Shown piece by piece: positions 15,282 through 27,000 of a stretch of DNA of 64,000 nt (positions are counted from its first letter, which is position 1; each line of letters opens with the position of its first letter). A program made the position numbers and the translations under genes. Source of the stretch: Macrostomum lignano (Eukaryota); NCBI GenBank assembly GCA_002269645.1, contig NIVC01000249.1:62001-126000 (forward strand), read 5' to 3'. The notes beneath the pieces were generated by a model. That model worked only from the letters and a program-made list of their open reading frames with translations, made no database searches and was not told the origin of the DNA.

Positions 15282-18200
15282 CGTTTGTCCGTCCATAAAC
15301 ATGCGTCTGTCCACCCTGTCAGCAGGGCCGCACTCAGCGCTGCCCGGACACGGCCCGGCCCGAGTCAAACGCAGCCAGATGTCCCGACTCGCAGGCGAGC
15401 GTCTTCGGCGAAGTGAAGCGACGCTGTGACGGGCGGCACTCGTGCACCGTGCTGGCCGACGCCCAGCTGCTGATGGCGGACATGCCGGGCTGTGCGAGGC
15501 CGCACCTGCTGCTGCTGTTTGCCTGCCGTGAGTCTGGGGGCGGGCGGAGCAGGGCGGAGCAGGGCGGAGCAGGGCGGAGCAGGGCGGAGCAGGGCGGAGC
15601 AGGGCGGAGCAGGGCGGAGCAGGGCGGAGCAGGGCGGAGCAGGGCGGAGCAGGGCGGAGCAGGGCGGAGCAGGGCGGAGCAGGGCGGAGCAGGGCGGAGC
15701 AGGGCGGAGCAGGGCGGAGCAGGGCGGAGCAGGGCGGAGCAGGGCGGAGCAGGGCGGAGCAGGGCGGAGCAGGGCGGAGCAGGGCGGAGCAGGGCGGAGC
15801 AGGGCGGAGCAGGGCGGAGCAGGGCGGAGCAGGGCGGAGCAGGGCGGAGCAGGGCGGAGCAGGGCGGAGCAGGGCGGAGCAGGGCGGAGCAGGTGACCTC
15901 AAACTCAGCGAAGAGCACTAATGCACTCTGCCTTCTTGACTCATTCCCCAGTGCCCATCAAGGTCTCAATCAACGCAGACAATCCATCGGAGCTTCCATT
16001 TCCAAACCTGCCGCCACCGCCGCCGCCACCGCCTCCAGCGCTGCCACCGTCGTTGTCAGGCGACGAGGACGACGACAAGAGAGGCGACAAGTCTCGGGAA
16101 GCGCCGTCACCCTCTGTGATTCTTCCAGAGGGGGTCGACAGCTCCGAACAGAATTCCGGACGAATGAACTCAGGTGAGAGCCGGGCAATCATGAGCTGTG
16201 GAGGCGGTCTGCAGAGCTGATTTGTCGCTGCTGAATCATTTATTCGTGGCCGCTCTGCCACGGGCTGATAAACTCAGCTGACCTCAAACTCTGTGCGCGA
16301 ACAGTTGGGGTGCTCGTAGAGCTCATTCTGAGCAAAATAAAATATACCGTATTGGCGCGCTTGTATGTGCTCAGGAATCGCCTCAGCGTTGCTCCAGGGC
16401 GGCGACTCTGCGACCGTGTCGTTCACCCTGCAAGCGAAGTACGTGTACAGTACATGAGTATCATGTCACGTGATACTGCACTGTAAGGGTCTGGAGCCCG
16501 CAGCGCCGCTTTGGATGTCAGGGATGCAGAAGAATCGAGTGCAGTTTCAAACAGATCCTAAAAAAATCCTAGAATTGTTGCGTCATCCCTCAGGCGGGGA
16601 AACCGGGCCTTAGACAAGCGACTAAAAGTAAGCTGCTAGGAAATGAGAGAATTTCTCTATCGCTGGAGAAAATATGCGGCACAGACTTCCCAAAGCCCGG
16701 CCGGTCTTCTCTAATTAGCTGTGCCTGCGACTCGCGACTTGCGGATCCGGAAATCCTGTTTTGCGCCCCGAGCCCTCCTGCTAATCCGCCCCCAGCTGCG
16801 CCACACGCGCTCCCCGGGCCGCTAATCCGCGTCCAGTGAAAGGAATTGCAGCAGAGGCATCAGACCTGCTTGCTGGCTACTTGAAAGACACTTGCTGTCC
16901 GACCCTGCAATCTCTGCGCAAGATAAACGGCGGCCTCCCCGGTCTCGGCCACGCCGATGACTCATTCGCATTCGTCCTTCAGCAACGCGTTGCAGACCTG
17001 CTTGAGGGCAGGGCATGAGGCAGCAACCGTGATAGTGGCGTTGCTGCCTCCAACACAACCGGCGAGAGGCATTGGTGCCCATTCCGCCGACTCCCCTGAG
17101 CAGGCACACGGATGAGTTACTCGGGCACAAGCTCACAGGTGTACAGCCGCACTGGCTTTGTGTGCTTGGGGATTGGCTCACGTGGGCGCGACTACGGAAT
17201 GAGTACGGAATGAGTACGGAATGAGCTACGGAATGAGTATGGAATGAGTATGGAATGAGCTACGGAATGAGTACGGAATGAGTATGGAATGAGTATGGAA
17301 TGAGCTACGGAATGAGTACGGAATGAGTACGGAATGAGTATGGAATGAGCTACGGAATGAGTACGGAATGAGCTACGGAATGAGTATGGAATGAGTATGG
17401 AATGAGCTACGGAATGAGCTACGGAATGAGTATGGAATGAGTATGGAATGAGCTACGGAATGAGTACGGAATGAGTATGGAATGAGTATGGAATGAGCTA
17501 CGGAATGAGTATAGAAACAGGGCAAAGTAGCCTAATTTTCAGTATGATTTGTCTACCGAGTTGTCGCAAGCAACCTCAGGTACAATACTCAACCGGCTAT
17601 TGAGACAGTTTGGCTTTTTGTGCTATTGCCTATGAGCAGTATCAGACACTTCCATTAATCAGCATCATCAATGCCATTCCAGCAGCGCCGACTGCGACAT
17701 CGAAATCGACGTCCACATCGACAGCGGCGGCGGCGGCGGTGCCCCCGTCGGACTCCGGCGCCGGTTTCGTCCTGCTGGCCGTCGGCGCTGCGGTCGGCGC
17801 CGGCGCCCTTCTGATTGCCGGCCTCGCCGTCTGCGCCGCCTGCCTGGCCGCGCGTCACTGCCAGCGCCGGCGAGAGCAACGGGCCGACGAGCGCCGAGCC
17901 CGCGCCGCCCTCAGCAAGCAGCTGCCGCCGCCCGCCACCTGCCTGCCGCTGATGAAGCATCCGCCTCCGCCGGCGATGCCGCCTGCTGGCACGCCGAGGC
18001 ACAACCAGCAGCACCAGCTGCAGCACCTGCTTCAGCAGCATCACCAGCATCACCAGCATCACCAGCATCCTCAGCATCCGCAGCAGCAGCAGGACAGCCA
18101 GTCTTCATCAGCGGGATCAGCGGCTGCCACCGTCCTGACGGGCAGCAGCAGCGGCGGGTGCGGCGCCAGCTCGGTCGGGCATTCGTCGACGTCACCACGG

Positions 18201-18299
18201 GAGTCCGTGGTCACCTACTCGGCGCACGCGAGGCAGCGGGGAGACGCGACCTCCGTGCTGGAGGTGCTGACCCAGGAGCTGGGCAGGGGACTGCTGTAG
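7387..18299 (+). CDS. eva-1: EVA-1/EVA1C-like type I membrane protein: signal peptide, two SUEL (Gal/rhamnose-binding lectin) domains, Pro-rich stalk, TM, Gln/His-rich tail (~574 aa)
   Basis: Exons 7387-7534, 7858-8069, 13656-13797, 15032-15210, 15323-15527, 15952-16173, 17683-18299 total 1725 nt and are in frame. SUEL-like Cys patterns: C..GGGQRLLRCPDRTRIFVRSA...SRALQ/AAKLKCEESSRC...LKVSYQCEP and ICADTYTTLSC...EVKRRCDGRHSCTV...LLLLFAC. TM FVLLAVGAAVGAGALLIAGLAVCAACL followed by basic residues. The architecture matches the known EVA-1 family; the exon-2 and exon-7 acceptors are inferred from phase. Confidence 0.8.
7562..7814. repeat. 24-bp G-rich minisatellite, eva-1 intron 1
   Basis: GGGGGTCAACAGGGGAGGCAGCAG. 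Confidence 0.95.
7858..8069 (+). CDS. eva-1: eva-1 exon 2: first half of SUEL lectin domain 1
   Basis: ALIRQVSRLPQLSSCPVGGGQRLLRCPDRTRIFVRSA...CVVSRALQ; CAG|GTGAGC donor at 8070. Confidence 0.7.
8079..8675. repeat. 42-bp minisatellite decaying into ~30-bp variants, eva-1 intron 2
   Basis: GGCCCAGCAACTGGGGATCCGGGAATCTTGGAGGTCGGTGTT. Confidence 0.92.
8886..8945. repeat. 20-bp tandem repeat, 3 copies
   Basis: GGTGAGGCTATAAAAGGCTT. Confidence 0.85.
9426..10082. repeat. 21-bp two-variant minisatellite
   Basis: GTGCTGAGTCGGAGYTCATTT alternating in blocks with GTGCTGAATTGGATTTCATTT. Confidence 0.97.
11300..11897. repeat. 21-bp minisatellite
   Basis: AGGGGCGCCCACCTAAGAGAC. Confidence 0.97.
12984..13595. 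repeat. 15/16-bp G-rich minisatellite
   Basis: GGG(G)AGAGTGGGTGTT. Confidence 0.96.
13656..13797 (+). CDS. eva-1: eva-1 exon 3: second half of SUEL domain 1
   Basis: CCCGCAG|AAKLKCEESSRCNLTQ...LDRLKVSYQCEP|GTGAGC. Confidence 0.8.
13880..14060. repeat. 39-bp degenerate minisatellite, eva-1 intron 3
   Basis: GGGAGCAGGGAAATTCCTAGAAATCCCACTATGGAATTT. Confidence 0.85.
14609..14880. repeat. 10-bp minisatellite
   Basis: GCTCATGGCT. Confidence 0.93.
15032..15527 (+). CDS. eva-1: eva-1 exons 4-5 (15032-15210, 15323-15527): SUEL domain 2
   Basis: VIRSRLICADTYTTLSCGRRGRILTLDAV... and ...VFGEVKRRCDGRHSCTVLAD...PHLLLLFAC; canonical splice sites. Confidence 0.8.
15223..15280. repeat. (CTGT)n microsatellite, eva-1 intron 4
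   Basis: Direct reading. Confidence 0.93.
15540..15891. repeat. Perfect 10-bp minisatellite, eva-1 intron 5
   Basis: GGCGGAGCAG, ~35 copies. Confidence 0.98.
17055..17160. repeat. Dispersed repeat copy 1 (shared with 26046-26140)
   Basis: CAACCGGCGAGAGGCATT...CCGCCGACTCCCCTGAGCAGGCACACG...GTGTACAGC present at both loci in the same orientation. Confidence 0.75.
17195..17512. repeat. 10/11-bp minisatellite, eva-1 intron 6
   Basis: GGAATGAGTAY / GGAATGAGCTAC. Confidence 0.95.
17683..18299 (+). CDS. eva-1: eva-1 last exon: TM and cytoplasmic tail
   Basis: Hydrophobic stretch of ~27 aa, then RHCQRRREQR, a Gln/His-rich tail and stop TAG at 18297-18299. Confidence 0.8.
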
Positions 18300-18597
18300 T
18301 TCGGCGGCCTCTTGTCCCCCCCCGAAAAATGTCCCTATTTTCTACTATAAGTACATGAAATGAATATTATAATTGTATCTGGCCATGGAGGGCTTGCTAA
18401 TCAGCTCTCGTCGCTCTGTACAGACCATGCCGCCGCTTTGCCGACTCAAATTTGGCCTAATTGAATGCTGCTCAAATTATTGTGTTTATTAACTGTAGTT
18501 TTTTCATTATGCTTTAGAAATACACATGTCATTCATTGAATATGACTTTAACCAAAGCGATTTGTAATCAATAATTATTCGGAGCAGTAAAACAGCT

Positions 18598-19183
18598 TCA
18601 TTTACGCTATTACAGAGGGAGTTTACACTACTGCAGAGAGAGTTTACACTATTGCAGAGAGAGTTTACACTACTGCAGAGAGAGTTTACACTATTGCAGA
18701 GAGAGTTTACACTATTGCAGAGAGAGTTTACACTATTGCAGAGAGCGTTTACACTACTGCAGAGAGAGTTTACACTATTGCAGAGAGAGTTTACACTATT
18801 GCAGAGAGAGTTTACACTACTGCAGAGAGAGTTTACACTATTGCAGAGGGAGTTTACACTATTGCAGAGAGCGTTTACACTACTGCAGAGAGAGTTTACA
18901 CTATTGCAGAGAGAGTTTACACTATTGCAGAGAGAGTTTACACTATTGCAGAGAGCGTTTACACTACTGCAGAGAGAGTTTACACTATTGCAGAGAGAGT
19001 TTACACTATTGCAGAGAGAGTTTACACTACTGCAGAGAGAGTTTACACTATTGCAGAGGGAGTTTACACTATTGCAGAGAGCGTTTACACTACTGCAGAG
19101 AGAGTTTACACTATTGCAGAGGGAGTTTACACTATTGCAGAGAGCGTTTACACTACTGCAGAGAGAGTTTACACTATTGCAGA
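18598..19183. repeat. 21-bp minisatellite between the convergent 3' ends
   Basis: GAGAGAGTTTACACTATTGCA. Confidence 0.97.
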
Positions 19184-19478
19184 GGCAACAAAAAGCCAAT
19201 TTCCAGGATCCTGCTATAAGCCTATTTCAGCAGTTCAACGGCCAGGAAAAATGAGTATTTCAATCAATTAATGGTTAGTGCAGCGCCCCATGTGTCTCTG
19301 ACAGAGTTCAATCGGGATCCAATATTTACCCGTGCTGTGCCGTCTGATAAACGACTCAACTACCCATTTTAAATTGCTGCACTGACGAGCTAAAAAGCTT
19401 TGTTTTAGTGTAAGTGCTCAGAACAGTATCAGAGTGGATTTCGATTTGATTTATTTTTGTTTAAATGAGACAAATGAA

Positions 19479-19981
19479 GCCCAGCTCTGTCACTCTGTAC
19501 CCCAGCTCTGTCACTCTGTACCCCAGCTCTGTCACACTGTAGCCCGGCTCTGTCCCACTGTAACCCAGCTCTATCACACTGTACCCCAGCTCTGTCACTC
19601 TGTACCCCAGCTCTGTCACTCTGTACCCCAGCTCTGTCACTCTGTACCCCAGCTCTGTCACACTGTACCCCAGCTCTGTCACACTGTACCCCAGCTCTGT
19701 CACACTGTAGCGTAACCCAGCTCTGTCATTCTGTAGCCCAGCTCTGTCACTCTGTAGCCCAGCTCTGTCACTCTGTAGCCCAGCTCTGTCTCTCTGTAGT
19801 CCATCTTTGTCACACTGTAGTCCAGCTCTGTCACACTGTAGTCCATCTCTGTCTCTCTGTAGTCCATCTTTGTCACACTGTAGTCCAGCTCTGTCACACT
19901 GTAGTCCATCTCTGTCACACTGTAGTCCAGCTCTGTCACACTGTAGTCCAGCTCTGTCACTCTGTAGTCCAGCTCTGTCAC
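19479..19981. repeat. 21-bp minisatellite
   Basis: CCCAGCTCTGTCACTCTGTAC. Confidence 0.96.
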
Positions 19982-20319
19982 AGGAGCTTTCAAAATGCGA
20001 AATTACAAGTTAGTACCTGAAAGAAATAGTCGAACAAGAAAGCGATTTACAATTGCAAAACACGGGAAGAACCGTGTTTAAACACTAACTAGGTACCTGA
20101 AGCATTGAAGAGCCATATACTTTGCCATTGGTCCGTGAGAGGTAGGCATTGCTGGGCGTATATTTGCTTAGACATTGTGACGCTTTAGAGTGACAATTTA
20201 CCATTTCGTTGTGTACGAATTACTAAAAGCTACTAAACAAACTACTGATGCATCGATTCGATGAGCCTAATCCATGATCAGATTGCATGCAGAAATACTG
20301 AAATACATGTGTTCGATTA

Positions 20320-20745
20320 GACTGGGTCTGGCATGACTCAGACTGGGACTGGCATGACTCAGACTGGGTCTGGCATGACTCAGACTGGGTCTGGCATGAC
20401 TCAGACTGGGTCTAGCATGACTCAGACTGGGTCTGGCATGACTCAGACTGGGTCTGGCATGACTCAGACTGGGTCTAGCATGACTCAGACTGGGTCTGGC
20501 ATGACTCAGACTGGGTCTGGCATGACTCAGACTGGGTCTGGCATGACTCAGACTGGGTCTGGCATGACTCAGACTGGGTCTAGCATGACTCAGACTGGGT
20601 CTGGCATGACTCAGACTGGGTCTGGCATGACTCAGACTGGGTCTGGCATGACTCAGACTGGGTCTGGCATGACTCAGACTGGGTCTAGCATGACTCAGAC
20701 TGGGTCTGGCATGACTCAGACTGGGTCTAGCATCGTTCAGACTGG
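20320..20745. repeat. 21-bp minisatellite abutting the Fat-like stop codon
   Basis: ATGACTCAGACTGGGTCTRGC. Confidence 0.97.
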
Positions 20746-21105
20746 GCCGAAGCCACCGAAGACGCGGCCACGGACGTGGTGACGGCAGCTGTCTTGCCAC
20801 CGAGAGGGACGCCACCCAGCTCGGAGCCCGGAGACGCCATCTGACCTCCCGAGGAGCCGCCACTGCTGGTCGCCGCGGTGCCGCTGCCGCCGCTGCCGCG
20901 AAAAGTCGATGTTGTCGATGCGGTCATGACGCCACCGGCGGATCTGGCGGCAACTTCAGAGGCCGACTGCGAGACGTCAACCTCTTCAAAGTCGTCGACT
21001 TCGTCGGTGGCTCCTGCTGCATTCGCCGACGTTCTGGTGGCGGCGCCAGCTCGCTGAAGCTGCAGCCGCTGCTGCAGGCTGACGAGACGACGAACTCCGA
21101 CAGGT

Positions 21106-21148
<43 letters not shown>

Positions 21149-24043
21149 AGGCGCTGCTGGCACAGCTCGGCAGCGACTCCTGCGAGTGCGGCGAAGGTGA
21201 CGATGCAAACAGATGATGCTGCTGCGGATGCTGCTGGCACTGCGGCAGACGGAGAGTCGCAGCGGAGCCTCGGCCGTACACCTGCGGTTGCTGCTGATGC
21301 TGGTGATGGTGACAGAGGTGCGAAGGCGAGCTCAGGCCAGACGATGAGCAGCAGCTGTGCTGGCAGTAGTGGTGCAGCTGCTGGCTGCCGCCCAGGAGGC
21401 AGTAAAACGGATTGTCCTGCAGCAGGTCCGGCTGCTGCGGGTTGCCCGGCGTGGCAGCAGCGGCGGTGCCAGCAGCTCCGTGCCAGTCGGAGGTGTCCCA
21501 GTGAAAGCCTGCAGTGAAGCGAAGGGCAGGCTGGAGTCACTGGCGTTTATACGACACTACTATTAGTAACGTTTTGCAATACGAGCTGATCGTTCGGATT
21601 GAGCTTTGTGCGGTCTCACCGATTTAGTCAGGCACTGTTTATGCTACTTGTCAGTAGGATTGCAAGCGTTTTTAGTAAGGCTGAATTTCGATGAATAAAA
21701 CTACATTGTTAATTAAATTTTTAAATTGTTCAAGGAGCCGAAATCAAATCTGGGGCGATGGCGCCAAAATCACGTTTGGAATGGCGCTAAAATCTAATTT
21801 AGAGTGGCGCCAAAATCTAATTTAGAGTGGCGCCAAAATCTAATTTAGAGTGGCGCCAAAATCTAATTTAGAGTTGTGCCAAAATCTAATTTAGAGTGGT
21901 GCCGAAATCCATTTTAGAGTGGCGCCAAATTCTATTTTAGAGTGGTGCCAAAATCTAATTTAGAGTGGCGCCAAAATCAATTTTAGAGTGGCGCCAAAAT
22001 CTAATTTAGAGTGGTGCCAAAATCCATTTTAGAGTGGTGCCAAAATCTAATTTAGAGTTGTGCCAAAATCTAATTTAGAGTTGTGCCCAAAATCTAATTT
22101 AGAGTTATGCCAAAATCTAATTTAGAGTGGCGCCAAAATCAATTTTAGAATGGCACCAAAATCTAATTTAGAGTGGCGCCATAATCCATTTTAGAGTGGC
22201 GCCAAAATCTAATTTAGAGTGGCGCCAAAATCTAATTTAGAGTGGCGCCAAAATCTAATTTAGAGTAGCGCCAAAATCTAATTTAGAGTGGCGCCAAAAT
22301 CTAATTTAGAGTAGCGCCAAAATCTAATTTAGAGTGGCGCCAGAATCTAATTTAGAGTGGCACCAAAATCTAATTTAGAGTTGTGCCAAAATCTAATTTA
22401 GAGTGGCGCCATAATCCATTTTAGAGTGGCGCCAAAATCTAATTTAGAGTGGCGCCAAAATCTAATTTAGAGTGGCGCCAAAATCTAATTTAGAGCAGCG
22501 CCAAAATCTAATTTAGAGTGGCGCCAAAATCTAATTTAGAGTTAGATTTAGCGCCAAAACGCGCAGCTCCCGATTGTGTGAGAGATTTCACCGTGAATCC
22601 AGTAAATTAGTAGTTTTTGAAGGGATCAATATGCATCGATTCGGTTTGTTTTAGTAGTTTAGTATGTCTGCATCAGTAGATGTTTTTTTAAACCTTGCTG
22701 AGAATATCCGAAGCTGGGTGCAAAGATCCAGCGCGCGTTGTAGTATCCTGGAAATTGCAAGTCAATAAAAGTTCAGTACTGCTAGGAGTGGATGACACAA
22801 TCGGAGTGAGTGACACAATCTGAGTGACACAGTCGGAGTGAGTGACACAATCGGAGTGAGTGACACAATCGGAGTGAGTGGCACAATCTGAGTGAGTGAC
22901 ACAATCTAAGAGAGAGACACAATCGTAGTGAGTGACACAGTCGGAGTGAGTGACACAATCGGAGTGAGTGGCACAATCGTAGTGAGTGACACAATCGGAG
23001 TGAGTCACACAATCGGAGTGAGTCACACAATCGTAGTGAGTGACACAATCGGAGTGAGTGACACAATCGGAGTGAGTGACACAATCGGAGTGAGTGACAC
23101 AATCGGAGTGAGTGAGTGACACAATCTAAGAGAGTAACACAATCGTAGTGAGTGACACAATCTGAGTGACACAGTCGGAGTGAGTGACACAATCGGAGTG
23201 AGTGACACAATCAGAGTGAGTGACACAATCGGAGTGAGTGAGTGACACAATCTAAGAGAGTAACACAATCGTAGTGAGTGACACAATCTGAGTGACACAG
23301 TCGGAGTGAGTCACACAATCGGAGTGAGTGACACAATCGGAGTGAGTGACACAATCGGAGTGAGTGACAATCTGAGTGACACAGTCGGAGTGAGTGACAC
23401 AATCGGAGTGAGTGACACAATCGGAGTGAGTGACACAATCTGAGTGACACAGTCGGAGTGAGTGACACAATCGGAGTGAGTGACACAATCTGAGTGACAC
23501 AGTCGGAGTGAGTGACACAATCGGAGTGAGTGACACAATCGGAGTGAGTGACACAATCGGAGTGAGTGACACAGTCGAAGTGAATGACACAATCGTTCAC
23601 TCACCCTGTTCGTCAACGTCGCTCAGCGGCACCCCGGCGACGCCCTGGCAGCAGCCGTAGTGACCGCCGCCCAGCCCGGAGTGCTGGTGCTGGTGCGGCA
23701 GCCGAGCTGCTTGCATCCTTCGAGTGCCGGCGCTGCCGAGGCCGCTGCTGCTACTCGGCGTCAAGCAGCGAGTCGGCGTGCCGCCCGATGCAGCTGCCGC
23801 GGCTGCAGCAGCAGCCGCCGCCGCCACCGCCGCTGAAGACGTTGAAGCCAGCGAGCAGCAGGAAGCTCGACCGCCGACGCCTCCGCCACCGACACTGGCA
23901 GCGAGGCCCGGTGTCGGCTTCTCGAAGCAGGCGTAGGTTGGCGTCGCGGGCGACAGCACGCAGTCCAGCTCGCGCTGCGGCACAATGCGAGTCTCCCCGC
24001 TGGCCAGCGTGACCAGCGCCAGCGCCTCCGAGGGGTCGCCCAG
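20727..24043 (-). CDS. Fat-like exons w15 (24043-23605) and w16 (21508-20727): cytoplasmic domain with FHWDTSDW
   Basis: Splicing joins DVDEQ-G-FHWDTSDW (21506-21483). The stop at 20729-20727 lies in the edge of a minisatellite, so the true C-terminus is uncertain. Confidence 0.78.
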
Positions 24044-27000
24044 CTGCGCAAAGTGCAGGTTGGGGTGGTGGGTGATTGTCTAGGGGTGCAGGTTGGGGTG
24101 GCGGGTGATTGTCTAGGGGTGCAGGTTGGGGTGGCGGGTGATTGTCTAGGGGTGCAGGTTGGGGTAGCGGGTGATTGTCTAGGGGTGCAGGTTGGGGTAG
24201 CGGGTGATTGTCTAGGGGTGCACGTTAGGGTGGCGGTTGGTTTCCGAGATCTGAGTGTTGTGTGTGCTCTGTCAAACTGTGACAGGCAGCTCACCATCTG
24301 CTGACAGCCATCAAAGTCGGTGCCATCGTCAGACTGCCTCCGTCGTCGTTGCAGCTGCTGCTGCTGCTGCGCCAGCTTGCCATTGGCGGCGCCGTTGACG
24401 CAGCGCCCGCGCCTCTGCCGACGGCGCAGGCAGCAGGAGACGCAGAGGAAGACCATCAAGGCTAGCAGGAGAATGATGGCGCTGGCTCCAGAGATGGCGA
24501 CAAGCTCCACCGTGCTAAGCCCGCTGCCGAGAATGCCACCGCCTCCGTCGCCGCTGCCGGCTCCGATGCTCAGAACTCCGGGCAGGCGAAATGTTTCGCA
24601 GTTCCGGCCGCTGTAGCCCAGGGTGCAGTTGCACCTGGATTGCGGGCGGCAACGCGGTGGTTGCTCTGTGAGTCTGATTGGTGCGGCAGAGTGTGCAATG
24701 TGAAGGGTCTGCTGTTTGCTCAACAAACTCACCTGAAACTACCCGGCAGGTTGATGCAGATGCCACCAACGCCGCAAGGCGGCGTCGCCGACGCTCCAGC
24801 GTTGCACTCGTCGACGTCCTCGGAGCAGGATGGCCCGGTGAAGCCAGTGCCGCCGCAGTGGCAGACGGCCCCGGCTGGCGACTCCTCGCAGCGGCCGCCG
24901 TGCTGGCAGGGCGACACGTCGGGGCCGCAGAAGAGGCCGGACTGGCAGTGGCTGCCGCCCAGGCCGGCGGGACATTCGCACCTGGACAAAGGTAAACAAA
25001 CCGGTGGGTGAACTCTTGAACCTCTTGCCTTTGGAAAACTATGACCCTGACCCTCTCAGTGACACCATGACCCTCTCAGTGACACTATGACCCTCTCAGT
25101 GACACTATGACCCTCTCAGTGACACCATGACCCTCTCAGTGACACTATGACCCTCTCAGTGACACTATGATCCTCTCATTGACACTATGATCCTCTCAGT
25201 GACACTATGACCTCTCAGTGACACTATGACACTCTCAGTGACACTATGACCTCTCAGTGACACTATGACCCTCTCAGTGACACTATGACACTCTCAGTGA
25301 CACTATGACCCTCTCAGTGACACTATGACCCTCTCAGCGACACTATGACCCTTTCAGCGACAATATGACACTCTCAGTGACACTATGACCCTTTCAATGA
25401 CACTATGATCCTCTCAGTGACACTATGACCATTGTCTCACTTGTATCCGGCCCCAGCGCCGCCCAGCGGATGGCAGGTGCCGCCGTTCAGGCAGGGGTTC
25501 TCGCCCCCAGCGCAGGGCTCCGTGTTCACCTCGCACTGCCGGCCAGCGAACGGTGGCCGACAGTCGCAAACGAAGTCGCTGCCGCCTTCGCCGCCGACGT
25601 CCCTGCAGGCGCCGGCGTTCTGGCAGGGCCCCCGTCCGCAAGCCGACGTCAGGAAAGCGTCGGAGCAGGCGGCGCCGCTCAGCCAGCGCGGATCGGAGCG
25701 GACAATCAGCGGCGTCGCCAGCGGGCGGCCGGAGGACTCGCCGGCTCGCAGACATCCCGTGAAGCCGCCGCCCAGCGCGACCTCGCGTTGGCGCGAGTTT
25801 AAAAACAGCCGCGCCGAGTCGGGGAGCAAGTCCCAGTAGACGGGGTCGGCGGAGTCCACCGTGAGCTCCATGGTGACCGTTGAACTGCTGTTGTATTTTG
25901 ATGCACGGGTGGGGGGCGGGTTTACTTGTGCATAGCACTGATTTCCAGTGAATAGTCCTATCGAATCTAAGATGGAGGTTAATTCCCCATTTAGCTATAT
26001 GACAGGAGGCTGTGTGCACCCTGGTGCACTTTAAGCGACATTGTCACAACAACCGGCGAGAGGCATTAATTGCCAATAACCGCCGACTCCCCTGAGCAGG
26101 CACACGCTCACACAGGAGTGTACAGCGGCCCTGACTTTCCAATTGACAGGCATGTGCACTTCACTGTGCCTTGGTCACTAAATACCGGTAACTCCTTTTA
26201 ACATAAAGACTAAAATTCCCCCGCTACCCTCGCACAGCCAACAGCTCACTTTGCATTGCTCATTTCCGGCAACGCTCTCAGCTCCACCAAGTGCCACTGG
26301 CCGTCGCTAACCACCGACCCGACCGAGCCTGGTCTACCGCCGGAATTCGACACCAGACGACCTTCAGCTGTCAGCCTGAGTTCGATTCCGCTGTCCGGCT
26401 CTGTTGCCAGCGTAGCCGTCTCGTCACCGGGCCACGACACGCGCAAGAGCTGACCCGCCGACTCCTGTGGGGCGGAGGGTGGCGGGAGTTCAGAGGGCTC
26501 AAACTTGACCAGTTTAAATTCCATAAAACAGTCGCTTGTCTGACACTAAATCCTCCCCTGACCCTCTCAGTGACACTATGACCCTCTCAGTGACACTATG
26601 ACCCTCTCAGTGACACTAGACCCTCTCAGTGACAATCGCTATAGTTCTCTCCGAAAAAGTATCTATGACTTTTTTAACGACCAAGCAACCCATGATCACG
26701 GGGCTGCAGCCTCAGGCCAGCAGGCTGTTCCCACCTGAACGGTGCGCAGTTCGAGTCGCAGCAGCTCGAGCGGCCGCCAGCCGTCGCCGGCCAGCACTCG
26801 CCAAACCGCCGGCTCGCCGATGCCGGGCCCGCCGCCGCTGCGAACTCGCATCGAACTCGAGCCCGACATTGCAGTCGGCGACACGTCGCAGCCGCTCGTC
26901 GAGGTCGAACCGACGGCGAATCGCGGCGACAGGAAGGCGACTCGAGCGGTTGCTAGGCGCGTTTCCGGCTCGCCGGGTAGAGGCCGAATAGTTGACGGGC

